From the NCBI GenBank assembly GCA_030390025.1, contig CM059428.1:66774001-66838000 (forward strand): a DNA stretch of 64,000 nt, written 5' to 3'. The position numbers and the translations under genes are program-made. A model generated the notes under the pieces. It did not search any database and was not told the DNA's origin. It saw only the letters and a list, made by a program, of their open reading frames with translations. The stretch is from Squalus acanthias (taxonomy: Eukaryota). This document shows, piece by piece, positions 12,860 through 23,409 of the stretch (position 1 is the stretch's first letter; each line of letters opens with the position of its first letter).

Positions 12860-13142
12860 CCTTGGTCTGCCCTCACAGGTGGACATAAAAAATCCCACGG
12901 CATTATTCGAAGAGGAGCAGGGGAGGTGTTTGTGGTATCCTGGCCAATATTTATCCCTCAACCACCACCTAAAAACAGATGATCTGATCATTTATTTCAT
13001 TGCTATTTTTGGGACCTTGTTTTCGGCAAATTTGTTGCTAGATTACAACAGTGACACTGTACAAAAAGTGCTTCATTGGCTATAAAGCACTTTGGGATAT
13101 CCTGAGGCTCGTGAAAAGCACTATATAAATGCAAGTTCTTTC
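12860..13142 (+). mobile_element. DeuSINE-type SINE body with L2-derived tail
   Basis: CAGGTGGACATAAAAAATCCCACGGCATTATTCGAAGAGGAGCAGGG...AAGCACTTTGGGATATCCTGAGG...CTATATAAATGCAAGTTCTTT. Confidence 0.8.
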
Positions 13143-16100
13143 TAAATGCAGGAAAACAGTCATTTACGCCATTTCTTTGGGGGTTTCCCTGATCTCCCAC
13201 TGAAGTTCTGCTGGGAGATTGGCACAGCCCCTGCGAAAATTCAGGGCAAAGCTGTTTTTATTCTTTTGTCCACTCGCAGAGTTAAATAAAAGACTTTCGA
13301 CCGTAAATATATAATGGTCTTATATGACTGTTACTTATTTGCTTGCTTGTCTGTTGTTAAATAAATTTGCTTAATGGTTTTAAACTTAAATTGCGGTCTG
13401 AACTTGTGATGCTCTATTTGCTTATCAAAGACATGAAGGATCCTATGAAGGCATAGGATAAGTCCAGTGACTAAAAGAGTGTTCTGTTTCATTATTGTAG
13501 ATATATCACTGAAACCTTATCTCGATCTCAAGACTAGAAAAGTTTAGGATTTCAGACTTGCCCGTGAGAGTGATCTAATGCACATCTTCAGTACACAACC
13601 TTCTTACTGAAGAAAACAGTAAGAAGGGTAGAAAGGACCCAAAGAAATAATGGGTAACAGGAATCTTCTCCCTAACTTCTTAAACAAAGTACCTAAAAAT
13701 GTTGTTATTTTTTGCAAAATTTCATCTTTTCTACAGTTTTATTTTCTAGTGTCTCTGGGTTACTTTAAATGCAGTCTTAGTCACCTCCAAGTCAACCTTT
13801 TCTGAGCCAACTAGCTCCTGATTTGCCTTGCTTCCTTAGATATTAGCTCCATCTGAATGACTGGCTCCTCAGGGATTTCTTCTCTTTCCTGGAACAGTAG
13901 ATTTTGACCAGATGTAGACCAGGCCTGTCACCCTGCTCTATTTCAACAGCTACAGCTATGCTGTATTTAACATACTACAGGTATATTGTATACTTCCACA
14001 GGGATTAGGGTTTCCAACTCTGGTTTGACATATTCCTGGAGGTGCAGTCACGTGACGCCTAATAACATGACATCCGCTCACATAACATGATCACATGACA
14101 TCTGCCTGCAGTTTGCAAATGTTATTGCAATTATTGCCCCACAGTTTTTAGTGCAACCTACAGAAGTTGATAATGCATACAACTTGCAAAACTTGGATTG
14201 TAGTTTAATCTTTGTTTCTGATTTTAAAACTAAGACATTGATTGCACACGAGAATAAATACTTGGGGCCTAGCACCTGAGATAATAAAATTGTCTTTCAA
14301 AATCAGAGAAACAGAGTTGTCAGTTAATCAGGCTGTGCAATTTCAATGCTATACTTAACTTATTTCCTGCCATTCAGAGCAGGATTAACATTCTTGGCCA
14401 TTACCTTAATAGTTAATTGGCCAGCAAACCACTTGAAAAGTGCAAAATAAGTGCTATTGCAGGTGAGTCCTGATTGGCCTGAGTTCTGCTGAAGAAATCC
14501 TATTGTCTAAACCAAACTCACCCAGCAGAAACTTAAGTAGTTAGCATTTGTATTAGTTATCATTACAATAAAAAAAAGTGGCAAGATTAACATTCCGATT
14601 TCTAAATGTGGAAAGGATTCCAGTAAATTGCCAATACATTTCAACAGAACAGTGCTGTCAAAGATGGGGATTTTGTCCCCTACAGTGACTGCTCACAGAG
14701 TCAGTAACTGTGGCAGCAGAAGAGGTCTTTATCATTCAGATATCACAGCACGAAGGACAACCTTTCCAAAATGCGTGCTAATTTGCCCATTGAAGCCATT
14801 AGCTGAAAACTGATACTTCCTTTATCCAGAATAAATTTAAATGCTCCTCTGCAGTTTTGAAGTTCTCTTTCCTGAAATGTACCATTTTGCTATGACATTA
14901 TATTATAAGTATTTTTTTATTCGTTCATGGGATCTGGGCATCACTGGCAATGCCAGCGTTTATTGCCCATCCCTAATTGCCCTTGAGAAGGTGGCGGTGA
15001 GCTGCTTTCTTGAACCGCTACAGTCTGTGTGGTGAAGGTACTCCCACAGTGCTGTTAAGGAGGGAGTTCCAGGATATTGACTCAGTGACGATGAAGGATC
15101 GGCGATATATTTCCAAGTCAGGATGGTGTGTGACTTGGAGGGGAACTTGCAGGTGATGGTGTTCCCTGCGCCTGCTGCCCTTCTCCTTCTAGGTGGTAGA
15201 GGTCGTGGGTTTGGGAGGTGCTGTCGAAGAAGCCTTGGCGAGTTGCTGCAGTGCATCTTGTAGATGGTACACACTGCAGCCACAGTGCACCGTTGGTGGA
15301 GGGAGTGAATGTTTAAGGTTGTGGATGGGGTGCCAATCAAGCGGGCTGCTTTGTCCTGGATGGTGCCAAGCTTCTTGTGTGTTGTTGGAGCTGCACTCAT
15401 CCAGGCAAGTGGAGAGTATTCCATCACACTCCTGACTTGTGCCTTGTAGATGGTGGAAAAGCTTTGGGGAGTCAGGAGGTGAGTCACTCGTCACAGGATA
15501 CCCACCTTCTGACCTCCTCTTGCAGAGTTTTCCCCCTGATTCCCATTGACTTCCATTTTACTAAAGCTCCTTGATGCCACACTTGGTCAAATGCTGCCTT
15601 GATGTCAAGGGCAGTCACTCTCACCTCACTTGTGGAATTCAGCTCTTTTGTCCATGTTTGGACTGTAATGAGGTCTGGAGTTGAGTGGTCCTGTCGGAAT
15701 CCAAACTTAGCATCAGTGAGCAGATTATTGGTAAGTGCTGCTTGATAGCACTGTCGACAACACCTTCCATCACTTTGCTGATGATTGAGAGTAGACTGAT
15801 GGGACGCCTGGTTGGATTTGTCCTGCTTTTTGTGGACAAGACATACCTGGGCAATTTTCCACATTGTCGGGTAGATGCCGGTATTGTAGCTGTACTGGAA
15901 CAGCTTGACTAGAGGCGCGGCTAGTTTTGGAGCATGTCTTCAGCACGATAGCCGGGATGTTGTCGGGGCCCATAACCTTTGCTGTATTCAGTGCGCGCAG
16001 CCGTTTCTTGATATCACGTGGAGTGAATCGAATTAGCTGAAGACTGGCTTCTGTGATGGTGGGGACCTCAGGAGTAGGCCGATATGAATCATCCACTCGG

Positions 16101-17009
16101 CACTTCTGGCTAAAGATGATTGCGAACGCTTCAGCCTTGTCTTTTGCACTCGTGCTGGGCTCCACCATCATTGAGGATGGGGATGTTCATGGAGCCTCCT
16201 CCCCCCGTTAGTTGTTTAATTGTCCACCACCATTCACGACTGGATGTGGCAGGACTGCAGAGCTCTGATTTGATCTGTTGGTTGTGGGATCACTTAGCTC
16301 TGTCAATAATATGCTGTTTCCACTGTTTAGTATGTATGTAGTCCTGTGTTGTAGCTTCACCAGGTTGCCACTTCATTTTTAGGTATGCCTGGTGCTGCTC
16401 CTGGCATGCTCTTCTACACTCCTCTTTGAACCAGGTTTGATCCCTTGGCTTGATGGTAATGTTAGAGTGAGGGATATGACGGGCCATGAGGTTACAGCGC
16501 CTCATGGATGCCCAGTTTTGAGCTGCTAGACCTGTTCTGAATTTATCCCATTTAGCACGGTGGTAGTGCTGCACTACATGATGGAGGGTGTCCTCAGTGT
16601 GAAGACGGGACTTCGTCTCCACAAGGACTGTGCGGTGGTCACTCCTACCAATACTGTAATGGACAGATGCATCTGCGACAGGTAGATTGGTGAGAGCGAG
16701 GTCAAGTAGGTTTTCCCTCGTGTTGGTTCTCTCACCACCTGCCGCAGGCCCAGTTTGGCAACTATGTCCTTCAGGACTCGGCCAGCTCGGTCAGTAGTGG
16801 TGCTACCGAGCCACTCTTGGTGATGGGCATTGAAGTCCCCTACCTAGAGTACACTCTGTGCCCTTGCTACCCTTGATGCTTCTTCCAAGTTTTGTTCAAC
16901 ATAGAGGAGTACTGATTCATCAGCTGAGGGAGGGCAGTAGGTAGTAATCAGCAGAAGGCTTCCATGCCCATGTTTGACCTGATGCCATGAGACTTCATGG
17001 GGTCCGGAG

Positions 17010-17191
17010 TTGTTGCAAAAACCCATCTGGTTCACTACTGTCCTTTAGGGAAGGAAATCTACTATCCTTACCTGCTCTGGCCTATATGTGACTTCAGACC
17101 CACAGCAACGTGGTTGCCTCTTAACTGCCCTCTGAAATGGCAAGCCATTCAGTTGTACCAAACCACTATAAAGAAGTATCAATAAACAAAA
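17010..17191 (+). mobile_element. Inverted 182-bp insertion homologous to the host LINE's own 5' region
   Basis: AAAACCCATCTGGTTCACTA...CAGTTGTACCAAACCACTATAAAGAAGT matches the reverse complement of ~18825-18990. Flanked by GAG on both sides, with an A-rich end. Confidence 0.8.
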
Positions 17192-17371
17192 GAGCCAATG
17201 TTGAGGACTCCCAGGGCCACTCCCTCCCGACTGTATACCATGTGCCACCACCTCTGGTGGGTCTGTCCTGCCAGTGATGGCGGAGTCTGAGTTGTTGGCT
17301 GAAAGGTATGCTTCTGTGAGTATGACTATGTCAGGCTGTTGCATGACTAGTCTGTGGGACAGCTCTCCCAA

Positions 17372-18720
17372 TTAGAACATAAGAAATAGGAGCAGGAGTA
17401 GGCCATTCGGCCCCTCGAGCCTGCTCCACCATTCAATATGATCATGGCTGATCTTCTATCAACTCCACTTTCCTGTACTATCCCCATATCCCTTGATTCC
17501 CTTAATATCAAAAATCTATCGATCTCTGTCTTGAATATACTCAACGACTGAGCCTCCACAGCCCTCTAGGGTAGAGAATTCCAAAGATTCATCACCCTCT
17601 GAGTGAAGACATTTCTCCTCATCTCAGTCCTAAATGGCCGACCCCTTATTCTGAGACTGTGACCCCTGGTTCTAGACTCCCCAGCCAGGGGAAACATCCT
17701 CCCTGCATCTACCCTGTCAAGCCCTGTAAGAATTTTGTATGTTTCAATGAGACCACCTCTCATTCTTCTAAACTCTAGAGGATATAGGCCTAGTTTACTC
17801 AATCTCTCCTCATAGGACAATCCCCCCATCCCAGGAATCAGTCTGGTGAACCTTTGTTGCACTCCCTCTATGGCAAGTATATCCTTCCTTAGGTAAGAAG
17901 ACCAAAACTGTACACAATACTCCAGGTGTGGTCGCACCAGGGCCCTATATAATTGCAGTAAGACGTCTTTACTCTTATATTCAAATCCTCTTGTAATAAA
18001 GGCCAACATACCATTTGTTTTCCTAATTGCTTGCTGTACCTGCATGTTAACTTTCAGTGATTCATGTACAAGGACACCCAGGTCCCTCTGAACACCAACA
18101 TTTCCCAATCTCTCACCATTTAAAAAAGACTCTACTTTTCCTACCAAAATGGATAACTTCACATTTCTCCCATTTGCCATGTTCTTGCCCACTCACTTAG
18201 CCTGTCTATATCCCCATGAAGCTTCTTTGCATCCTCCTCACAACTTACATTCCCACCTAGCTTTGTATCATTAGCAAACTTGGATATATTACATTTGGTC
18301 CCCTCATCCAAATCATTGATATAGATTGTGAATAGCTGAGGCCCAAGTGGTACCCCCACTAGTTACAGCCTGCCAACCCGAAAATGACCGTTTATTCCTA
18401 CTCTCTGTTTTCTGTTCATTAACCGATCCTCAATCCAAGCTAGTATATTACCCCCAATCCCATAAGCCCTAACTTTTTTTAATAACCTCTTCTGTGGCAC
18501 CTTATTGAATGCCTTCTGAAAATCCAAATACCCCACATCCACTGGTTCCCCCTTATCTATTCTGCTAGTTACAACCTCAGAAAACTCTAACAGATTCGTC
18601 AAACATGATTTCCCTTTCATAAATCCGTGTTGACTCTGCCCAATCCTATTCTTATTTTCTAAGTGCCCTGTTACCATGTCCTTAATAATGGCTTTTAACA
18701 TTCTCCCTACTACTGATGAT
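17372..18720 (-). mobile_element. 5'-truncated CR1 LINE (RT, frameshifted) nested in the Zenon-like LINE
   Basis: QHGFMKGKSCLTNLLEF, YLDFQKAFNKVP, KFANDTKLGG, LVRPHLEYCVQFW; tail GGCCTACTCCTGCTCCTATTTCTTATGTTCT. Confidence 0.95.
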
Positions 18721-19039
18721 GTTAGCAAGGAGGACTTGGCAGGTTCGATTGGGCTGGGTGTGCCTTTGTCCTGTCCAGTGCCTAGGTCGATGCCAGGTGG
18801 TCCATCTGGTTTTATTCTTTGTACACTTCTTTATAGTGGTTTGGTACAACTGAGTGGCTTGTTAGGGCATATGAGAGGGCAGTTAGAGTCAAGCACATTG
18901 CTGTGGGTCTGGAGTCACATATTGGACAGATCAGGTGAGGACAGCAGGTTTCCTTTCCTAAAGTGCATTAGTGAACCAGATGGGTTTTTATGACAATCTG
19001 CTTTTCATTCCCGATTTATTAATTAACTGAATTTAAATT

Positions 19040-19140
19040 CCCCAGCTGCCATGATGGGAGTTGAATTCATGTCTCCAGATCATTACTCCAGGTCTCTGGA
19101 TTACTAGTTCAGTAACATAACCACTATGCTACCGTACCCT
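19040..19140 (-). promoter_or_regulatory. tRNA-derived internal Pol III promoter-like head
   Basis: Minus strand GGGTACGGTAGCATAGTGGTTATGTTACTGAACTAGTAATCCAGAG...GAATTCAACTCCC: good A box, degenerate B box, CTAGTAA loop resembling tRNA-Thr(AGT). Confidence 0.65.
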
Positions 19141-19453
19141 CCAGTGATGTCCAGTGATATCTGAAGGATGTCTTTACCACATTGACAACTATCCTCCATA
19201 AACACCCTCATGATACCTTATTTTATAAGGAAGGAATGTTACCCCATGTAATGCATAATGTATTATTCTGCTGCTAAGATTGAGCTAAGTCACTTTAAGG
19301 CTAGAAAATCTAATTATTGTTAGATAAACAGACCCTCAGGTAAATCAAAGTTTAATTTTCATTTGGTAACAGAAATGCACAGATTGGAAAATGCTTGTAA
19401 ATTTTATTCTACAGGTCAGAAGCGTTTTGCATTTGTAACAAAGTGGGACATCT

Positions 19454-19610
19454 GGGAGTAGACCTTGACTTTGCGCGATATTTTTAAACGGGTGAAAGCA
19501 CCTCGGCAGGCCGTTTTACATTTCTCCCAATTTTTATTTCCATTGACTTTAAGGGCTGCCAACTCACTAGCACCCGTTTTACACTATTGCACAAAGTCAA
19601 GTTCTACCCC
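19454..19610. mobile_element. Hairpin MITE family B
   Basis: GGAGTAGACCTTGACTTTGCGCGAT ... ATTGCACAAAGTCAAGTTCTACCCC terminal inverted repeats. Confidence 0.8.
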
Positions 19611-20560
19611 TTGGTGTGTAATCTCTGCAGTATGATGGACAACGTACACGCTAGACGTAATTGCATGGAACTCCCATTTAATACTGTGCCTCATTCTCAA
19701 AGGACAGTGGCAGAAAAAAAATAAAATCTGCCCATTTGTGAACTGTCATATAGAAGTGCAAATGGCTAGCACGGGTACTTATTCTGTTAAATCGCAACAA
19801 AAGGTAAGTTTATCCAAATTATTCAGCATGTGTGTACAATTGAAATGGAAAGCTGACCCCTCACTCAGAAGGGAAGTCAGCCATGGGTGATTTCCCCCAT
19901 TCCCCAGTCTCCTTAGACAAGAGACCCGGACCGTTTGGTATTGCATGAGAAGTTCCAGTTTCCTAATCAGACATCTCTTACTTGGCCACAGCATTTTGTC
20001 AATGAGCTCTCAATGCCTGGAAAACATGTTCGCAAACAAAGTCACTTAGTGATGAACACAACTAGATTGTGAATAATCCTCTGGCACACTATCAACTGAA
20101 TGGATGTGGCATGCCTACTCATCACCCCACCACCCCACCCCCAACCCCCACCCATCCCCTCACTGAGAAGCAGTCTGGTTTTAGACACACTCCCCCACTA
20201 AGCAGCAATATTACTTTGGGACTTGAGACCAGTCCCCTACTGAGCAGCATCTTGATCTTCAGCACTGCCCACACAAGAAGAAGCTTTCTGGTCTTATCTT
20301 TCCCCCCACCCCACCCCAAAATAGAAAGGCACATACAGACCTCAGATCCCCACACTGACATCATTTTGGCTTTAAACCCCCACTCCCAAACGGAGGAACA
20401 TCCTGGCCTCTGTTCTTTCCCTGTCGCGCTGTCCCCGCCAATAGAACACCACATCGGACTTAGCCTGTGGCATTTGGCCTTCCCATGTTTGGACACCAAC
20501 TTTTAAAATTTAATTTCAAATGCAGCCACAAGCCATTGGTGGTTCTTTTCGTCACCCCAC

Positions 20561-21596
20561 CATGCCGCAGCATCCACCATCTCCCCACTATCCCATAATA
20601 TCCACCATCTCCCCACCATCCCATAATATCCACCATCTCCCCACCATCCCATAATATCCACCATCTCCCCACCATCCCATAACATCCACCATCTCCCCAC
20701 CATCCCATAATATCCACCATCTCCCCACCATCCCATAATATCCACTATCTCCCCACCATCCCATAATATCCACCATCTCCCCACCATCCCATAATATCCA
20801 CTATCTACCCACCATGCCGCAGCATCCACCATCTCCCCACTATCCCATAATATCCACCATCTCCCCACCATCCCATAATATCCACCATCTCCCCACCATC
20901 CCATAATATCCACTATCTACCCACCATGCCGCAGCATCCACCATCTCCCCACCATCCCATAACATCCACCATCTCCCCACTATCCCATAATATCCACCAT
21001 CTCCCCACCATCCCATAATATCCACTATCTACCCACTATCCCATAATATCCACTATCTACCCACCATGCCGCAGCATCCACCATCTCCCCACCATCCCAT
21101 AACATCCACCATCTCCCCACCATCCCATAATATCCACCATCTCCCCACCATCCCATAATATCCACTATCTACCCACTATCCCATAATATCCACTATCTAC
21201 CCACCATGCCGCAGCATCCACCATCTCCCCACCATCCCATAATATCCACCATCTCCCCACCATCCCATAATATCCACCATCTCCCCACCATCCCAGAATA
21301 TCCACCATCTCCCCACCATCCCATAATATCCACCATCTCCCCACCATCCCATAATATCCACCATCTCCCCACCATCCCATAATATCCACCATCTCCCCAC
21401 CATCCCAGAATATCCACCATCTCCCCACCATCCCAGAATATCCACCATCTCCCCACCATCCCATAATATCCACCATCTCCCCACCATCCCATAATATCCA
21501 CCATCTCCCCACCATCCCATAATATCCACCATCTCCCCACCATCCCATAATATCCACCATCTCCCCACCATCCCATAATACCCACCATCTCCCCAA
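20561..21596. repeat. 28-bp minisatellite (CATCCCATAATATCCACCATCTCCCCAC), about 37 units
   Basis: Directly visible tandem array. A variant unit starting CATGCCGCAGC recurs at 20561, 20813, 20925, 21065 and 21205. Confidence 0.97.
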
Positions 21597-21689
21597 CAAA
21601 AGGAGAAAAGGAAAGAAGAAACAAAGAAGCAGAAGATGATGGAGAAAGAAACAAAAAATAGTTAGGGGGAGAGAAGCAAATGCGGGAGC

Positions 21690-22450
21690 GAATTTGCATA
21701 CAGCAAGGTCCTACAAAGAGTAAATGAATGAATGATCAAATAATCTGTTTTTGGTGGTATTGGTTGAGGGAAAATTTTGGCCAGGACACAAGGTGAAGTC
21801 TTTGCTCTTCTTTGAATAGTGCCATAGGATCTACCTAAATAGCCAGACAGAACCTGTTTAATACCTCATCCAAAAGACAGTGGCGCTTAAATTAAATATC
21901 GTTGCACCCATTTTACAGGCATAAATTTACGACTACTATTTCCAGGTCTTAAGCTGCCTAACTAGTGGTCCTTAAAGGGACCGCTGGAGGCTGCTCAAAC
22001 AAAGGACCCAAAACATCACTAAATTTCTCCCCCTGGCTCCACAAAACAACTGAGGACCACTGCCAGCCCGCCCTCGCCCTTTTCTGAACACCGACCTCAG
22101 CCACCCTCCACCCCGTGAGACTTTTCTGTGGTCCTCGGTGCCAGACAAAATTTGTTAGGCCTCAACGGGCGAGCTGCATTGGGGCACCTCATTGATGCCC
22201 TCAGGTCACCTGAATTATAATGATGAAGCCCAATTTAGTTTGGTCTTCGGGCTTCTTCATTGTGGCATGCTGTCGCTGCGTGCTGCCAGAACCATGCCCT
22301 GTTTAGTGAACTAACGAATTTAGACCCAACACCTCTGACAATTCAGCACTCCCCCAGTATGGCACTGAAGTGTCAGCTTAAAATGTGCAGTCAGGTTAGT
22401 AGAGTGGTACATAAACCCACAACTGCTGACTTAGAGGTGACAGTGCTATC
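21690..22450 (-). mobile_element. DeuSINE-type SINE split by a GC-rich MITE-like insert (~21885-22325)
   Basis: GGTTGAGGG...TTGGCCAGGACAC...CTCTTCTTTGAATAGTGCCATAGGATC, then after the insert CAGCACTCCCCCAGTATGGCACTGAAGTGTCAGC: reverse complement of the SINE at 10835. Confidence 0.6.
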
Positions 22451-23110
22451 ATGAATGGTTAAAGGGTTTCCCAGAACTACACTTCAAGTAATAACCTAAT
22501 CTTCAGTCTTGATTCAGTCACATCAAGTAGTGCATCTGTTTCTTGATGGTACACATATACAAAGGGATGGAATATAATCTCAGCATCTAAAAGATAGATG
22601 CTTTATTTATTTTCTTCACAATTGTTTAGTGGCTTGTTTCTATATTCTAGGCTAACTGAAGAAATAGATGATGGTATCTCTTTTCAGCTTAGTTAAGTAC
22701 ATTTTCCTTTATCACAGCCTGAAGACAGTGGAAAAATTCTGATCTTTAATTATTTATGATGTTGACATGACAAGTACTAGAAATAAGATTAAATGAATAC
22801 ATCATGTTAGTTGGCATACTCCAGACAGCTGTCAGACTTTACATTTAAATAGGTTCCCAATGAAAGATAAATCAAAAGCACTGTTCCAAGAAAATACAAA
22901 TCCACACAGCAGGGGGTGAAATTGGATTAGGCTCGAAAACGGGCGGAGGATCACAGTGTGTGATCTGCCCACGCCCGTTGAAAGCAAAATTCATGCTGCC
23001 TGCTCATAATAATGATTGGCGTGCTGAGCTCAGCGCTGAGCGCTCTGCTGCTTGGCTCAGTGCCCAACAGTGGACCCAATATCGGATGCAGTCTGCTGTC
23101 CAATAAAAGT

Positions 23111-23323
23111 TTGAGAGGTCGCACAACACCAGGTTATAGTCCAACAGTTTTATTTGAAATCACAAGCTTTCGGAGCTATCGATTACCCCTTCCTCAGGTG
23201 AAGGGGCAATCGATAGCTCCGAAAGCTTGTGATTTCAAATAAAACTGTTGGACTATAACCTGGTGTTGTGCGACCTCTCAATTTTGTCCACCCCAGTCCA
23301 ACACCGGCATCTCCGCATCATGA
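23111..23323. mobile_element. Penelope-like fold-back mini-insertion with 14-bp TSD
   Basis: ~82-bp arms (23111-23192 / 23200-23281) with one mismatch, plus a ~42-nt one-sided tail. CCAATAAAAGTTTG occurs at 23100-23113 and 23324-23337. Confidence 0.82.
23159..23201 (-). ncRNA. Minimal type I hammerhead ribozyme motif
   Basis: Minus strand UCAC-CUGAGGA-A-GGGGU(AAUCGAUA)GCUCC-GAAA-GCUU-GUGA: core boxes, stem II, palindromic stem III (AAGCUU), stem I UCAC/GUGA. Confidence 0.65.
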
Positions 23324-23409
23324 CCAATAAAAGTTTGCCTAGGCTCTCTGCACTTCTTAAAGGGAGGTGCTTTGTTGCAGAAGCTCCTCATTGTCACTGT
23401 AGCTGCAGC

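Larger units (their letters stand above)
14915..19140 (-). mobile_element. Near-full-length Zenon-like CR1-clade LINE (APE + RT, decayed) with a tRNA-like 5' head; interrupted twice
   Basis: VLLANI | LGELSHRLV.QQPDIVILTE (APE), GPDNIP, RPISLLSIISKVME, FGFRQDHST, ALDIKAAFDQVWH, YKAQVRSVMEYSPLAW (RT and C-terminus); 3' tail AAGGGCAATTAGGGATGGGCAATAAA...A-rich. Confidence 0.85.

Noticed and set aside
14007-14110. AGGGTTTCCAAC hAT-like end with repeated CACATGA/CACGTGA motifs
   Set aside because: No matching opposite end or TSD found.
303-21596. Tandem arrays as CRISPR-like arrays
   Set aside because: Units are head to tail with no unique spacers, there are no cas genes, and the context is vertebrate.
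20460-21699. Trp/Gly-rich ORFs
   Set aside because: Translation of the 28-bp minisatellite.
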